The position numbers were made by a program, and so were the translations under genes. DNA of 61,317 nucleotides from an uncultured virus (IMG/VR IMGVR_UViG_2061766007_000892) (lineage: Duplodnaviria > Heunggongvirae > Uroviricota > Caudoviricetes): the IMG/VR virus record IMGVR_UViG_2061766007_000892. The stretch is one strand, 5' to 3'. The notes beneath the pieces were generated by a model. It was not told where the DNA came from, made no database searches, and saw only the letters and a program-made list of their open reading frames with translations. Positions 60,067 through 61,317 of the stretch are shown here, piece by piece (the stretch's first letter is position 1; each line of letters begins with the position of its first letter).

Positions 60067-60823
60067 AAAACTCCTCAACAATTTCAACTTTAGGATGTTT
60101 TACATTTCTCCAAATTGAATTAGTTGTATAAATCTTTTTTAAATCTGGAGCATCTAATAATCCATACTCTAATACAGTTGGTTCTACATGTGAAGCATAT
60201 ATATAAATATTTTTTGCTCCATGCTCTTTAAGTTGTGTATACATCATTCTTGTGGTGCTGCCTCTAGAAATAATATCATCTACAATTAAAACATCTCTTC
60301 CCGCGAGTAAATGCTTATTACCTAAAATTTGTAGATATTCAATTTTTTGTGTCTCATAATTACGAATTTTACAACCAAAAACATAAGGTACATTAAACAT
60401 ATTATAATATCTTTTAAATCCACCTTCATCACAATAGGCTAATAAAAGATTTTTATTTTCATTTAAAATTCTTTCTATCAATGCGCATGGAGATTTAACA
60501 GTAAGATTATTTAATAATGCTGGCGACACAGACGAGTGTACATCAAAAGTTTCTATTTCATCTATATTTAAACTATTAAGTAAATTACAAAAATACTTTA
60601 AAGTAAACACATCTTCTTCAGTCTTTACTTTGTCTTGCCTGCTATTGGGCAAATAAGGAACTATTAATTTAATATAGCATTTATATGTCTTTAAATGACT
60701 AACTAAATAAAAAATAGAAAGAATTTCTTCATTTTTATCAAATAGCCATGTAATAATAGCGTGCTTAGATTGTGGAACAGGAATATTAACCCGTGTTGTT
60801 CCATCATTATATGATTTAAAATC
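60059..60823 (-). CDS. ribose-phosphate pyrophosphokinase-like protein (Adps/PRS family); start in gap
   Basis: YNDG, VPYLPNSRQD, FDVHS, DEGG..RY, KIR, LIVDDIISRGST, YASH. Confidence 0.8.
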   Translation of the reverse strand, partial: DFKSYNDGTTRVNIPVPQSKHAIITWLFDKNEEILSIFYLVSHLKTYKCYIKLIVPYLPNSRQDKVKTEEDVFTLKYFCNLLNSLNIDEIETFDVHSSVSPALLNNLTVKSPCALIERILNENKNLLLAYCDEGGFKRYYNMFNVPYVFGCKIRNYETQKIEYLQILGNKHLLAGRDVLIVDDIISRGSTTRMMYTQLKEHGAKNIYIYASHVEPTVLEYGLLDAPDLKKIYTTNSIWRNVKHPKVEIVEEFYD

Positions 60824-61317
60824 NNNNNNNNNNNNNNNNNNNNNNNNNNNNNNNNNNNNNNNNNNNNNNNNNNNNNNNNNNNNNNNNNNNNNNNNNNNNN
60901 NNNNNNNNNNNNNNNNNNNNNNNNNNNNNNNNNNNGCTTCACGAGTATTATTAAAAGTTCTAATGACATTATTAGTTTGTATATCAATTTGTTCTACTTT
61001 CAATTTTCTTTTAGTTTTAGAAAGCCGCCTTTGTAAAACTTCTTCTTGATTTTCAATAGCACGAATATAAATATATCCATTTAATTNNNNNNNNNNNNNN
61101 NNNNNNNNNNNNNNNNNNNNNNNNNNNNNNNNNNNNNNNNNNNNNNNNNNNNNNNNNNNNNNNTTATATTGATTAATTTGTTTTTCTCCGTGAGAACTTA
61201 ATAGCCGGCCTCTTATTTTACCTTCTTCTGGTGTATAATCAGTACGATCTTTTAAATATCCTATAATAATTGAATTACTTTTACCGGTTTCTTTTACTAT
61301 TTGTCCTACACTTTTTC

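Noticed and set aside
60876..61003. NUMOD1-like segment fused to the PRS-like protein
   Set aside because: The fusion is only inferred across a long N gap; it more likely belongs to an upstream endonuclease gene.
1..61317. CRISPR array or DGR
   Set aside because: No regularly spaced direct repeats, no reverse transcriptase and no TR/VR pair seen; repeats in 36-49 kb are protein-coding tail repeats.

Overview
A 61 kb piece of a large AT-rich tailed phage, probably infecting a gut or rumen Firmicute (Clostridia-like). The evidence is near-consensus sigma-A promoters, GGAGG ribosome-binding sites, peptidoglycan-binding lysins and no sign of recoding. Almost everything is on the minus strand, and many N gaps break reading frames. 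The layout is: DNA metabolism (1-2 kb: ligase, dNMP kinase, RNase H); an RNA-dense region at 5.4-28.6 kb with about 27 tRNA genes, homing endonucleases and many structured non-coding RNAs; tail fibre, adhesin and lysin genes (29-55 kb); a small-protein cluster; and a macro-domain plus PRPP-synthetase-like pair at the right end. The strongest candidate for an undescribed system is a phage tRNA-mimicry and RNA-repair system with four parts. (1) Seven clear copies, plus one partly masked by a gap, of a covarying Y-RNA-like scaffold (terminal stem + CAGCAA). They carry different tRNA-mimic cargos (circularly permuted tRNAs, an acceptor-less tRNA body, a lone Lys anticodon arm) and occur with a TROVE/vWA (Ro60-like, DUF2828) gene. 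(2) A tRNA-Leu(UAA) whose anticodon loop is interrupted by a 50-nt mini-tRNA ending in ACCA. (3) A tRNA-Trp split by a 740-nt intron that encodes a PD-(D/E)XK endonuclease but has no visible ribozyme core. (4) An Rnl2-like RNA ligase, a cyclic-phosphate-processing receiver domain and a phosphoesterase nearby. Also present are a mimic of the 23S rRNA uL11-binding domain, a ~600-nt ROOL/GOLLD-like RNA candidate and pseudoknots placed 4-5 nt before tRNA 5' ends. All protein and RNA family calls were made by eye; no searches were run.
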